A DNA stretch of 64,000 nt from a virus, in the IMG/VR virus record IMGVR_UViG_3300019764_000005, positions 1-64,000 of that record; one strand, 5' to 3'. Shown piece by piece: positions 18,304-28,634 of the stretch. The notes under the pieces were generated by a model. It did no database searches, was not told the origin of the DNA, and saw only the letters and a program-made list of their open reading frames with translations. Numbering within the stretch: the stretch's first letter is position 1; every line of letters starts with the position of its first letter. Made by a program: the position numbers and the translations under genes.

Positions 18304-19950
18304 TTAATCCAAGCTATCTACGATTATACATTCTGTTGTAAGTAACATTCCTGCTGCAGATGCAGCATTCTCGATTGCAACTCGCGCAACCTTCACAGGA
18401 TCAATAATGCCTGCAGCGTTCAAATCTTCAACCTCTTCAGTTAAAGCGTTCCATCCGAAAGAATGATTTTTTTTCTTAACTTCAGATATAATATCAGATA
18501 CAATCACTCTTTTATTAAAAAAAGATTCAAAGAATCCGATTTTATCACAAGACACGCCAGCATTCATTGCAATCTGTGTAATTGGTTTTTCAATCGCTTT
18601 TCTGACGATATTAATACCCATTTGCTCATCTTTAGTGCCTCCGATGATATTATCAAGTAAGTGTTGAACATGAATGAATGCCGATCCACCACCTGTTATA
18701 ATTCCTTCTTCAATAGCTGATCTAGTCGCCCATAAAGCATCATCAATACGATCAAGCTTTTCCTCAGCTTCAGTTTCCGACATGGCACCCACTGTAATTA
18801 CTGCAGCTTTACCAAGGAGACAACCGATTCTTTTTTCTATCTTATTACGATCATTCTTAGATAGCTCTGGATTAAGTTGAGAACGTAACTCCTTAGTTCT
18901 ATCCCCTATGATATCCTCGTCACCATAGCCAGAAATGATTGTGGTTTTGTCTTTTTTCACAATCACCTTTTCAGCAGAACCAAGCATTTCAACCGTGACA
19001 TCCTCGATGTTTATAGCTTTGCTGTCTGAAATTACAATCCCTCCAACAAGGGTTGCTATGTCTTCAAGTACATCTTTTTTAATTTCTCCTGAAAATGGAG
19101 CTTTAATGGCGGCACAGCGAATAGACTTTTTGAAATTATTGAAAGTCATGGTCGCTAAAGCCTCATCAACTATATCGTCGGCTATGATAATTAATGGTCG
19201 TGCTAATTGTGCAGCAATTGTCATAGCAGGTGTTATCTGACTTAATTGAGATAGAGTGATGTCACAAATCAAAATGATAGGATTCTCAAGAACAGACTGC
19301 ATTTTACTCATGTCAGTAAGAAAATACTTGTTGCATGCTCCTGATTGAATGTCAAATCCATCTACAATTTCAACCTTAGTTTCTTCGCCAATCACCCCTT
19401 TTGCGTTAACTATCCCCTCTCTTCCGACAGCTTTAATAGCTTCTGAGATAACATCACCAATTTCAGGATCATTATTTGCAGATACATTGGCAATAAAGTC
19501 AAGGTCTGATAAATCTTCTTTTATTGGTCGAGCTATTTCTTTTAACCCAGATACGATAACCCTTGTGGCTTCATCGATACCTCTTTTCAGTAAAATCGGA
19601 TTAATCCCTGAGTCTACAACCTTAAAACCTAAATTCAGAATAGCTGCTGCTAAAATAGTTGCGGTAGATGTTCCGTCACCCGCAGCATTTCTAGTCTTTG
19701 AAGCTGCTTCCTTTATAGCCTGTGCGCCTAAATCCTTATAAAGGTTTTTGAAGAAAATGCTCTCAGCTACACTTACACCATCCTTAGTGATTTGATGTTG
19801 TCTGAGATGGTTGTGAATGGCTACGTTTCTACCCTTTGCTCCAAGTGTCACAGCTACAGCCTGGGCAACTTCATTTGCACCGTCAAGAATCAAAGCTTTA
19901 GCATTTTTGCCAAATTTCAACTCCTTGTTCATTTTATTGTCCTCGTTCAT
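18304..19950 (-). CDS. groEL: chaperonin GroEL
   Basis: VTLGAKGRNV, ITKDGVSVA, AGDGTSTAT, AIEEGIITGGG and GIIDPVKV motifs; lacks the GGM tail. Confidence 0.97.
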   Translation of the reverse strand: MNEDNKMNKELKFGKNAKALILDGANEVAQAVAVTLGAKGRNVAIHNHLRQHQITKDGVSVAESIFFKNLYKDLGAQAIKEAASKTRNAAGDGTSTATILAAAILNLGFKVVDSGINPILLKRGIDEATRVIVSGLKEIARPIKEDLSDLDFIANVSANNDPEIGDVISEAIKAVGREGIVNAKGVIGEETKVEIVDGFDIQSGACNKYFLTDMSKMQSVLENPIILICDITLSQLSQITPAMTIAAQLARPLIIIADDIVDEALATMTFNNFKKSIRCAAIKAPFSGEIKKDVLEDIATLVGGIVISDSKAINIEDVTVEMLGSAEKVIVKKDKTTIISGYGDEDIIGDRTKELRSQLNPELSKNDRNKIEKRIGCLLGKAAVITVGAMSETEAEEKLDRIDDALWATRSAIEEGIITGGGSAFIHVQHLLDNIIGGTKDEQMGINIVRKAIEKPITQIAMNAGVSCDKIGFFESFFNKRVIVSDIISEVKKKNHSFGWNALTEEVEDLNAAGIIDPVKVARVAIENAASAAGMLLTTECIIVDSLD

Positions 19951-20030
19951 AATTCAATTTAATTTGGTAAAAGTTATTCTTATTTAGTATAAATCAAAAT
20001 TAACTATTTTTAATGGATATATGAAATACA

Positions 20031-20068
20031 ATTTATATTCATTCTAAAAATAGGTGTTGTTATCTTTG
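20031..20068 (+). promoter_or_regulatory. promoter reading into cassette 2, with a palindromic operator
   Basis: ATTTATATTCATTCTAAAA followed by a TATCTTTG -7 element. Confidence 0.6.
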
Positions 20069-20168
20069 TGTAAATGTTATTTTATAACGGATAGTAATAT
20101 GACCTGTGCGACAATTACGCACGAACCTACAATAAATGAACGAATGTAAAATTTTTAAAAGCGAAGCG

Positions 20169-20936
20169 ATGGCAAAAAAAATATTATGGTTTAGTTGTGG
20201 AGTAACTTCTGCGGTAGCCTGTAAATTAGCCTTAGAAAAATACGGCAAAGAAAACTGTTTACTTGCCTATATAAAAATTGATAGTGCACACCCAGACAAT
20301 AAAAGATTTATTGCAGATTGTGAAAAGTGGTACGATGCACCAATTGAAATATTTAGAAGTGAAAAATACACCGACCAATACGATGTAATAAAGAAAACAA
20401 AGTACGTTAATGGCGTTGGCGGTGCAAGGTGTACTCTTGAATTAAAAAAGAAAGTGCGTTACGATATTGAAGAAAAATACGACTTTGACGGACAAATATT
20501 TGGTTTTGAGTTTACAAAGAAAGAAATAAACCGAGCGATAAGATTTGAAGAACAATACCCACACACAAAACCTATTTACCCACTAATTGAAAGCAAACTA
20601 AGTAAAGCTGAATGTTTAGGTATATTAACAAAAGCAGGGATTAAACAGCCAGCAATGTATGAATTAGGCTACCATAACAATAATTGCATTGGTTGTGTAA
20701 AAGGTGGTATGGGGTATTGGAATAAAATACGTGTAGATTTTCCAGAGCATTTTGAAAGAATGGTTGAAATGGAAGCGCATGCAAATAGAAGCTGTGTAAA
20801 AGGTGTATTTCTAAAAGATTTAGACCCAGAAAGAGGCAGACACGAACCGCCAATACTGCCCGATTGCGGTACATTTTGTGAGATTGAATTTGAACATATA
20901 ATAGATAATAAAGTAGAACAAATTTTAAAAGGTTAA
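20169..20936 (+). CDS. PAPS-reductase-like (adenine nucleotide alpha-hydrolase) protein
   Basis: WFSCGVTSAVA PP-loop-like motif; CTLELKK; MYELGYHNNNCIGCVKGGMGYW. Confidence 0.8.
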   Translation: MAKKILWFSCGVTSAVACKLALEKYGKENCLLAYIKIDSAHPDNKRFIADCEKWYDAPIEIFRSEKYTDQYDVIKKTKYVNGVGGARCTLELKKKVRYDIEEKYDFDGQIFGFEFTKKEINRAIRFEEQYPHTKPIYPLIESKLSKAECLGILTKAGIKQPAMYELGYHNNNCIGCVKGGMGYWNKIRVDFPEHFERMVEMEAHANRSCVKGVFLKDLDPERGRHEPPILPDCGTFCEIEFEHIIDNKVEQILKG

Positions 20937-20938
20937 AA

Positions 20939-21317
20939 ATGAAAAAACAAACAGTTTATTTAGCAGGAGGTTTTAATTCTGATTGGAGAGAAAAAGTAAA
21001 AGAATGCACCAACGTTGAATTTAAAGACCCGAAAGAAAAAGAACTTAAAAAAGAGTTTGAATGGCATGAGTATGCTTGTTGGGATTTACACTACATAAAG
21101 CATACAGATATTTGCTTGGGTTTACATGGAAAGAACAAACCCAAGCGGATATGGGTTGAGTGCTGAAATTGGATATGCAAAAGCTTTAGGTAAAACTGTT
21201 GTTTTGGTTTTAGAAACTGGGCATGAAAAAGACAGATACTTGAAGTTTTTGAAAGGGTGTGCCGATGTGGTATATGATAATTTAGAAGATGGAATTGCGT
21301 TTTTATCTTCTTTTTAA
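20939..21317 (+). pseudogene. nucleoside 2-deoxyribosyltransferase-like gene split by a +1 frameshift
   Basis: VYLAGGF..DWR..DP..WDL..I...D in one frame and G.GLSAEIGYAKALGK in the next; an extra G in TTGGGTTTACATG near 21118-21120. Confidence 0.7.
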
Positions 21318-21504
21318 CTCTAATAGCTTTGAAAAAGCTAAAGTGCGGTGGGGCTTTTAAAAATTTGGCAATTACACACTACCGCTGATTAAATGAACCG
21401 AACTAAGCATGGGTTATATTACGTGTTAGGCACTGTGCCTTATTTGATTAGAAGTACAGACCTACACTAACCCACTTAGTTTTAAACTTGAAAGGCATTG
21501 TGCC

Positions 21505-21574
21505 TAACACTAAGATAAAGCACGTTTTTTCATGTGCTTTCATCGACTGTTATCGTCCGTTTTAATGGACGAAA
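21505..21574 (+). repeat. 70-bp empty attC-like module, copy 2
   Basis: TAACACTAAGATAAAGCACGTTTTTTCATGTGCTTTCATCGACTGTTATCGTCCGTTTTAATGGACGAAA. Confidence 0.9.
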
Positions 21575-21603
21575 AAAAAGAGGAGCATTAAACTCCTCTT
21601 TTT
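21572..21603. terminator. bidirectional terminator
   Basis: AAAAAGAGGAG-CATTAAA-CTCCTCTTTTT. Confidence 0.8.
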
Positions 21604-21611
21604 CTATTCGG

Positions 21612-21752
21612 TTATTTATTACCTGCTTTCTTTAACATTGGCAACCCTTTTCTACATTTGGACTTTTTACCTATCCCTGCCGATGGACCATGCGTAGAGC
21701 TTTTCTTTTTAGTGGCTGTTTTCTTTCCACCATAACCCGCGATTCCTTTCAT
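21612..21752 (-). CDS. 46-aa basic peptide (not in the ORF track)
   Basis: Manual translation MKGIAGYGGKKTATKKKSSTHGPSAGIGKKSKCRKGLPMLKKAGNK, between the holin and a terminator. Confidence 0.5.
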   Translation of the reverse strand: MKGIAGYGGKKTATKKKSSTHGPSAGIGKKSKCRKGLPMLKKAGNK

Positions 21753-21779
21753 GTTATTGATTTTAGATTAATGATTAAT

Positions 21780-22268
21780 TTATTTACCTGACAAAACATT
21801 TGTTTTATCTTTACTCCCCTGAGAAGATCCGAAATAAAACGTTATGGATGCAATCCATGCTGTCATTAATGAACCCATAACCATATACACGGTCGCCTTG
21901 TTCGCTTCAGGTATCGACACATAGAATAAAGCAACTATGGCTAATGCTACCATTAAGGTAAGAACTATAGCCAGCATTGGAACAATATTTTTAGACAGCC
22001 ATGATGCATTTTTGGATTTCTGAATTTCCACGTTCATATTCCTTGAATCTTTTCTGTCAGCTACGTCAAGTTTTAACATTTCGAATAGAGCTCTTTTTTG
22101 CTCTCCCTTTATGTCAGACGATGATTTTATTCCATCAGCAATAGCATTTAGCCATGGCTGTCCTGTGAGCTTTCCTGCGGCAGCCAAAATAGGTTTCCCG
22201 ACATCACCCATACCTCTTAGAATGTCACCAATCCTTGTGGTGCCTTTTTCATCTTTATATTTACCCAT
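21780..22268 (-). CDS. putative holin (3TM-holin-like)
   Basis: DRKDSR..SWLSKNIVP motif; two clear hydrophobic helices; FYFGSS. Confidence 0.7.
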   Translation of the reverse strand: MGKYKDEKGTTRIGDILRGMGDVGKPILAAAGKLTGQPWLNAIADGIKSSSDIKGEQKRALFEMLKLDVADRKDSRNMNVEIQKSKNASWLSKNIVPMLAIVLTLMVALAIVALFYVSIPEANKATVYMVMGSLMTAWIASITFYFGSSQGSKDKTNVLSGK

Positions 22269-22314
22269 AATGTAATTTTAATGATTCTGAAAGATACAAT
22301 TTTTAAATATAGAA

Positions 22315-23604
22315 TCAATTTACTTTAACAAGTTCTACTTGAATATAATTATCATGTCCTCCTAGCATATCTGCATATGGAGCTCCATTTTCCCATTTCC
22401 CGTAGAAATAATCTCCAGCAGTATAATTTGATAAAGATAATTTTGCGGTAGTTAGATTTAAAAGATTATACACAGATTCCCCAGCTTTCATCTTTGAGTG
22501 ACCATCTCTCATGTATAAAGTGTCTGAACCATTATTATAATACATACTTAACTGAGTCATCTTTGTATCTGTACCATTCCAACCAGCACAAACTGACATT
22601 GTGATAGTCATATAGTCATAATTATCGATCCATGTCTGTGGGATAGTTAAGATTCCAGTTAATGCATTATAAGCTCCATCTGGATCTATTTCATTATCAT
22701 CCCATACTACAGTTGTGTCGCTTGAAATACCTGTTACAGTTGTCAGTTGGTATGCTTGTACTGCTAATTTGATAGATGAACCACCACCACTAACATCAGC
22801 CTTAATAGTTTTTACACCTGCTGTATCTACGACTGTAAACGTAACATTACCATCATTAACTAATTTATCAGCCAAATGACCAGCCTCTGTATCATCAGCA
22901 TCAACCCTTACATACTCATCGGTATTATAGGCTGGTGCATTCCTTGTATCTGTAATATCCTTCTTCCCTATATCTTTAGGAATAGCACTATTGTCTACCT
23001 TGACTTCAATTAAAGCAATTGGTACTGAATCAACAGGAGTAATTGGAAGGTCAGGAACTTCTTTCTTGTCTGCTGCTGGTCCTTGTACTGATTTTACAAC
23101 CTGATCAGTGCCCACGTATAGTGTCACAAATCGATGCTGGTAGCTTGTAAGTCCAGTATAATGATCTACTGCCCCAAAGCCATTTTCAAGGTCGTAAACC
23201 CCACCTGATGTAATAGTTTTTGTCATACCATTTATTAGGTATGTTCCAGACGTATAATCTACAGTTTGATTTTTTGGGTCATGCTCAGTTACTTCAAGTC
23301 CAGTGGACCATCCATCACCAGCTCCATTGCCAGACATATTATCAAGCTTCAATTTATCTTCAGCTATCATTGCACCATCTGTAGTTTGAGTAACAACATC
23401 TACGGACAATTCCTGGTTCGATAAATTAAGTGTTTCCTGAGTAGTATCATTAGAAGCTAACGTAACATCTCCTGTGTTTATTCCGGACTGATTACCTAAT
23501 TTCTCTCTCTCTGGTGCTGTAATTATTGCACCAGAGCCTACATCCGTAATGGATGCAAGCTTTGATTTCTCCTCGTCGAGGAATGCATTTAATATTTTAG
23601 TCAT
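22315..23604 (-). CDS. tail fibre-related structural protein
   Basis: 429 aa; GAMIAEDKLKLD fibre repeat; C1q-like C-terminus. Confidence 0.6.
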   Translation of the reverse strand: MTKILNAFLDEEKSKLASITDVGSGAIITAPEREKLGNQSGINTGDVTLASNDTTQETLNLSNQELSVDVVTQTTDGAMIAEDKLKLDNMSGNGAGDGWSTGLEVTEHDPKNQTVDYTSGTYLINGMTKTITSGGVYDLENGFGAVDHYTGLTSYQHRFVTLYVGTDQVVKSVQGPAADKKEVPDLPITPVDSVPIALIEVKVDNSAIPKDIGKKDITDTRNAPAYNTDEYVRVDADDTEAGHLADKLVNDGNVTFTVVDTAGVKTIKADVSGGGSSIKLAVQAYQLTTVTGISSDTTVVWDDNEIDPDGAYNALTGILTIPQTWIDNYDYMTITMSVCAGWNGTDTKMTQLSMYYNNGSDTLYMRDGHSKMKAGESVYNLLNLTTAKLSLSNYTAGDYFYGKWENGAPYADMLGGHDNYIQVELVKVN

Positions 23605-23615
23605 AATTTCAAGTT

Positions 23616-26600
23616 TTAAATTACACCCATAAATTTAATTTCAACTCTAGGAGATTTCATGGCTAGCGAATCTCCAACGCCAAACCCAGCAGTCTTAACT
23701 ATCGTAAAGCTTTCACCAGCATTGTAATATCCAGACCACTTCATATTTAAAGGTATAGGGTTAGCAATACCTATTTCATACCCCTGAACTGTTTTAATTA
23801 CTTCATTGCTTGAATTCAGTTGAACTATAGCATATGCTGCATCGGGACTATCACCATTAAGAATTGTCGCCTCAACGGAAAACTCATAATAACCAGTCTT
23901 GTCAAGAATATATTGATGTGAATTTCCTGTTTCTGTAATAGAAATTACTTTCTGACTATTTACAACATTTCCTACCTCTATTAATTCACCACCATCAGAA
24001 GTATTCAACCACTCGACTAGTCCACTTTGATTAAGTATTGTATTCGTGTAAACTGTGCCAGGCACAACAGAAGCATTTGCACTTTTAGTAGTACCTAATG
24101 GTCCTTGATTTACAACTACCAAAGCCCATGGAATATTGTTTGCACTAGCTCTCATTATATGGCCCTGAGATCCACCATAATTCAAGAATCCAGACTTATT
24201 TATTGAAAATGCATCATTTGCATCAAACATCTTGTTCGCTACAGATATTGACTTAGAAACCCTTGCAGGGGGTGTCGTAGTTGTATCTACCCGTATTAAG
24301 TTCGCAGGTAACTGATTGTCGTTAACAGCTCTATTACCTATAGCAACTGAAGCTGTAGCTGTGTTACCGGAAGTATTGTCAATCCTAATCTCGACATGAT
24401 ATTGTCCAATGAAGGACGATGACTGCTCTGCAACAACTCGAATACCAGATACATTTATAAAATTACCCTCAGTATGTGAACTCAACACATTAATAGATGG
24501 CAGCTCTGTATCGTCACGAGCGATCATAGACACGCTAAACATCATTGTTTCACGACCTCTATTTATTGTAGACTCTGTATCCATGTCTACTGTATAAATA
24601 GCATTGATAATACCTAACTGGTCATTTTCACCACCTTCTCCAAGTGGTGTAGATGTTACTCTGTACCAGAACTCACCAGCGAAAATAGAAGCTGTCTCGG
24701 TAAAAGACTCTATAATAGGCTTATTATCTAAGTCGTTGTAGTCACCTGTTCTAGCAACTTCTGCAAGAGAGTCAAGATCAGACCGAAGGTCAGATACAAA
24801 GTCATATAGAGTGTCAGTAACACGCCATTCCGTACCATCAAAAGATGCCTCAATAACTGAGTTGTCTTGCAATGCAGAGATATTAACACCACCGCCAAGA
24901 TTTTCAGTTTTTACAGTGTTAATCTCAACATCAGACAGCCACTTGTTCCAAATCCTGACATCATATAAGCACCCATCAATTAGCCTCTCAGTTGCCGAAA
25001 AAGAAGTACCAATCGTAACGTCTGCACCAGGTTGAGTATTCATGCTCGGAAACGTATCTTGCGAACTCGCCCCAACAATAACACCGTCTATTAATAATTG
25101 AAAAGTACTTGTACTCGGACCATTTTGTCTAATTGTAATATGATGAGGGTTTCCATCCCATAATACTGCTACATCTGGTTTGGTATAATTCCATTTTTTG
25201 TTTGCTGCATATATGCCCGCTACAAAACTATTTACCTGAAATCCAACCGTCCACCACTGCCCCTCTGCTGCAACTCCCCAACTAATAAGGTCTTGAATGC
25301 TTGTTGGCTCTGTCAATTGGTTAGCACAATACCAACAAGTAAATGTTCTTTGGGTTGTACCCAAAATACCCTTGTATCCTGTAGATTGAAACCATTGTGT
25401 TCCTTCTGTGTCGTACATATTAACGCTACGACCATTGATAATCTTTGGTGTAAACTGCCCTCCAGTTCCCTGTTGCGCCAAGTCTCTGTCATTTCCAGAA
25501 GTATCTTCAAAATCAGAACTTAATACCCATTGCCCCTGCAAGAAAGTTGGTTGAACCTGAACAGGATTCCCAATAGGTGCCCCCGGGTCATTTGATACCA
25601 AGTCTATCGCATTTGTGTTGTCCTTTACAAAGAATATATGCCTTTGACCCTCTGTGGGGTTATCAGGAAGAACAAGCTCGATAGCCTGTGTGCTGGCATC
25701 AGCCATAATCAACCTGTCTTTCTGCTCCATGTTGTAATCGATATTTTCGATTATCTTGTAATCTTTAGGAGAATTAACAACAAGTTCACCTTCTTCTTCG
25801 GGGAAATCATAAATATTTGTAGTTCCTGCTGGAACATTACCTGCATCGAATCGTGCAATCTTACTATTATCAACTCCATTCAATAACTTAAAGTCAACAT
25901 CAAAGAAGTTAGTTGTTGGAGCAGGAGTTCCACCGCCACTGAAAGTTCCAGGAAGATTCTTTATTGTAATCTCATCAGTATCACCAGAATCAGTAGCACC
26001 GTTTTTAATAACAATTCGTCCAACTTCAACAGCATCAAACAAAACAGGAGGTAGAAAAAATCTGACATCATCAGCGTTCAGTAATGCCGTATCATAATTG
26101 TCAAATACTTGCTGTCCTGGCAAAACAACAAAGTCGTTACCTTCCACTAGAACAAGTTGTACTGTCGCCTGTATCCCGGTCAGATTTGTAAGAGTTCCTC
26201 CATCATCCCACTGAGTAGTATTTAGTGTTGTGTCAACCCCAATCGGAGGTACATCTGTTTGTGTCTGTAAAACATAGGTCCATGCCATTGGACTTGCTTC
26301 AGGAACATTCCTAATGTGAGGATTGATTTTATCATTTTCCCAGTTTTGACCATTCCCAATAACATCGAATGCAGTATGAGCCAAGGTTAGATTGTTATCC
26401 CCAGTTGATTCAATAATAAGATCATCAATTCGTATTCGATCTGTATCCAATATCCCTTGAAGTGTTTTATCTGAATAAGTCACGAATGGATCAGCTCTTA
26501 ACGACTCAGGAACTAACTCCCCATTCTGAGCTATAAACTCGAGCAAATGAATCGTGGTTATATTATCACTCGTAGTCTTAGTTGTCCCAATGGCAATCGC

Positions 26601-28067
26601 CCCACTGTCCGTAACACTGCCGTAATATTTCCGAGCAACAGCATCCACAGGAACATTAAGAACCTGATCAGGAACCTGTATTGAGACACCGTCCAAATTG
26701 TCCGTATCTGGATCACCATTAATGAACACTTCAAACGAACCACCAACTGCACTGACTGCTATTTCAGTATTACCGGTCTGTGACGCTACAGTAAAATTAC
26801 CCTTAACACCAGAGCGTATTAGTTGTCTCTGAGTTAAATTCTCTTCCGTTAATACATCTAATCTATTTATAGGTATAGATACAGCCTCTAAGTAAGGAAA
26901 GAAATTATTGTTAGTAGTATCTCCAAACAGCACAGGTCCGTTAAATCCATTACCACCTAATAGGCTTATATCCTGAGATTCTATATAAACTCTAAAACCA
27001 GCATCATAAATGTTAGGATTGTTTAATTTTAATTGCCATACTCCACCACCTAAATCTGACAGGTTAGGATCTGTTAATTCTACCGTCTCTTCGTATGATG
27101 GAGGAGTTGTTAAACTATTTATCCTAATAGTGAATTTAAAAGCCTGTGATATAATTCCTCCTTCTGGCTTAAATTGTATAGCCATAAATTGTACATCAGC
27201 CTGAACAATCTGGCTGAAATTATTATTTCTAATACCACTTACAACTGAATCATCTGTATCTTGAACAGGAAATTGAGCTGAAGTCTGGGAAGGATCGAAT
27301 ACGGTTGCTTTCTTGTAGCTCGTATCATCAAACAATTGAATTCCGAACGCACCTTTATTTCCAGTTGATAAACTTTCAGTTACAACCGCCCTACCACCTG
27401 ACGATATTTTTGAATCACCTACCTGTGCAGAACCTGGTGGGAATATAAAACTAGCTGAAGACTTTATATCGCCATTAGGCTCTAATGATAACTTATTCAA
27501 GATAGCTAAAGCTTCATCAACAAGAGCATTTGTCTCAGGATTAGACTCATAAAGAACCTTTATCTGAGCTGCCGTTAATGATGATCCTCCAATTGCAACC
27601 CAAAAATCAGCAGGAGTAGCAGGATATGACGGGGGGCTGGATTCGCCTACCCATCTTTCGATTATACGATTCCCAGAGCCATCATCTTCTAATAGTATCT
27701 CAAGTCCAGTAATTAGCTCGTCTAATCTATCAGGATCGAAATACGCATCCCTTGCTGCTGCATCAGCGAAAATAAGGTTGTCCGGGATGATACTGACAGA
27801 GCCTCCGCTAAAATTTACAATTTCATTTATAGACTGAACAAGTTCAGTTACGGTTCCACCACTGGTCCCATCAACCAAAATACTTCCATCAGCACTTCGA
27901 GTAATAAAATTCTTGTAATACGTCCTGTTGGTTATACTTGGGTTCTTCTCAACATCACTAACTATGGAAATATAATCTCCATCTGCAAAAGCTCTAAATG
28001 ATTTTGATTTCGGATCGGCTTCTAGGAAGAATGTCCTAGCATCGCCTTTTTTAATGTTTATTGCCAT
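23616..28067 (-). CDS. large tail/receptor-binding protein with a LamG/concanavalin-like domain
   Basis: 1483 aa; W..S.DFEDTSGN, DG.PHHITI and DG.LYDVRIWNK.LS..EI LamG motifs; VARTGDYNDL fibre motif. Confidence 0.7.
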   Translation of the reverse strand: MAINIKKGDARTFFLEADPKSKSFRAFADGDYISIVSDVEKNPSITNRTYYKNFITRSADGSILVDGTSGGTVTELVQSINEIVNFSGGSVSIIPDNLIFADAAARDAYFDPDRLDELITGLEILLEDDGSGNRIIERWVGESSPPSYPATPADFWVAIGGSSLTAAQIKVLYESNPETNALVDEALAILNKLSLEPNGDIKSSASFIFPPGSAQVGDSKISSGGRAVVTESLSTGNKGAFGIQLFDDTSYKKATVFDPSQTSAQFPVQDTDDSVVSGIRNNNFSQIVQADVQFMAIQFKPEGGIISQAFKFTIRINSLTTPPSYEETVELTDPNLSDLGGGVWQLKLNNPNIYDAGFRVYIESQDISLLGGNGFNGPVLFGDTTNNNFFPYLEAVSIPINRLDVLTEENLTQRQLIRSGVKGNFTVASQTGNTEIAVSAVGGSFEVFINGDPDTDNLDGVSIQVPDQVLNVPVDAVARKYYGSVTDSGAIAIGTTKTTSDNITTIHLLEFIAQNGELVPESLRADPFVTYSDKTLQGILDTDRIRIDDLIIESTGDNNLTLAHTAFDVIGNGQNWENDKINPHIRNVPEASPMAWTYVLQTQTDVPPIGVDTTLNTTQWDDGGTLTNLTGIQATVQLVLVEGNDFVVLPGQQVFDNYDTALLNADDVRFFLPPVLFDAVEVGRIVIKNGATDSGDTDEITIKNLPGTFSGGGTPAPTTNFFDVDFKLLNGVDNSKIARFDAGNVPAGTTNIYDFPEEEGELVVNSPKDYKIIENIDYNMEQKDRLIMADASTQAIELVLPDNPTEGQRHIFFVKDNTNAIDLVSNDPGAPIGNPVQVQPTFLQGQWVLSSDFEDTSGNDRDLAQQGTGGQFTPKIINGRSVNMYDTEGTQWFQSTGYKGILGTTQRTFTCWYCANQLTEPTSIQDLISWGVAAEGQWWTVGFQVNSFVAGIYAANKKWNYTKPDVAVLWDGNPHHITIRQNGPSTSTFQLLIDGVIVGASSQDTFPSMNTQPGADVTIGTSFSATERLIDGCLYDVRIWNKWLSDVEINTVKTENLGGGVNISALQDNSVIEASFDGTEWRVTDTLYDFVSDLRSDLDSLAEVARTGDYNDLDNKPIIESFTETASIFAGEFWYRVTSTPLGEGGENDQLGIINAIYTVDMDTESTINRGRETMMFSVSMIARDDTELPSINVLSSHTEGNFINVSGIRVVAEQSSSFIGQYHVEIRIDNTSGNTATASVAIGNRAVNDNQLPANLIRVDTTTTPPARVSKSISVANKMFDANDAFSINKSGFLNYGGSQGHIMRASANNIPWALVVVNQGPLGTTKSANASVVPGTVYTNTILNQSGLVEWLNTSDGGELIEVGNVVNSQKVISITETGNSHQYILDKTGYYEFSVEATILNGDSPDAAYAIVQLNSSNEVIKTVQGYEIGIANPIPLNMKWSGYYNAGESFTIVKTAGFGVGDSLAMKSPRVEIKFMGVI

Positions 28068-28166
28068 GATAAGAAATTAAATGTGCGTTTAATGCAGAAC
28101 AGGATTCTCCTGCTCTTTAATTTCCTTGTTCACAATTAAGACGTAGTGTTCAAGTACGCCTCAGTA

Positions 28167-28634
28167 TTACAATACCTTATATTTAGATTTGCCATTTTCC
28201 TTGTACATTTCAAGGACTTGGTTTCTATTCTTCCCATCTTTCCTTAGGGATACGTGTATCCAAGAAAAATCACCTTCATCATAATTCCAGTGCTCGAAAA
28301 TCAATTGATCAAACTCACAGTTATTCATAATCCAATTACCGATAGCGGTATTGCTGGCTCCTCCGTATATATCTGCATCTACATCCAAGGCTTCTCCCAT
28401 GGGGTGCTGCGATTTTTTAGATCCATGTATAGCAGAGTTCAAAATAGGGTGCCTATACCCAGATGAAACGCCAATTGGAATTCCAAAATGCTCCCTCATT
28501 GGATCAAATATATTAGCCCCTATAAATCTTAAGCTATCTAAATGATCTGCTTCAGGGTTATTGTCGATTCCAAGTCTTATAGCGGTATTGCTCTTTATAA
28601 CCTCTTTTAGTGATAGATATTTACTTATTTTCAT
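28167..28634 (-). CDS. endolysin, peptidase M15 family
   Basis: SSGYR, SQH..GEALD, FDQLIFE and WIHVS motifs. Confidence 0.9.
   Translation of the reverse strand: MKISKYLSLKEVIKSNTAIRLGIDNNPEADHLDSLRFIGANIFDPMREHFGIPIGVSSGYRHPILNSAIHGSKKSQHPMGEALDVDADIYGGASNTAIGNWIMNNCEFDQLIFEHWNYDEGDFSWIHVSLRKDGKNRNQVLEMYKENGKSKYKVL

Larger units (their letters stand above)
20085..21508 (+). mobile_element. TAAC-A-GTTA-B-TAAC cassette 2 (two cargo genes inside loop A)
   Basis: A arms 20094-20109/21407-21422; GTTA 21425-21428; B arms 21425-21441/21492-21508. Confidence 0.7.
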
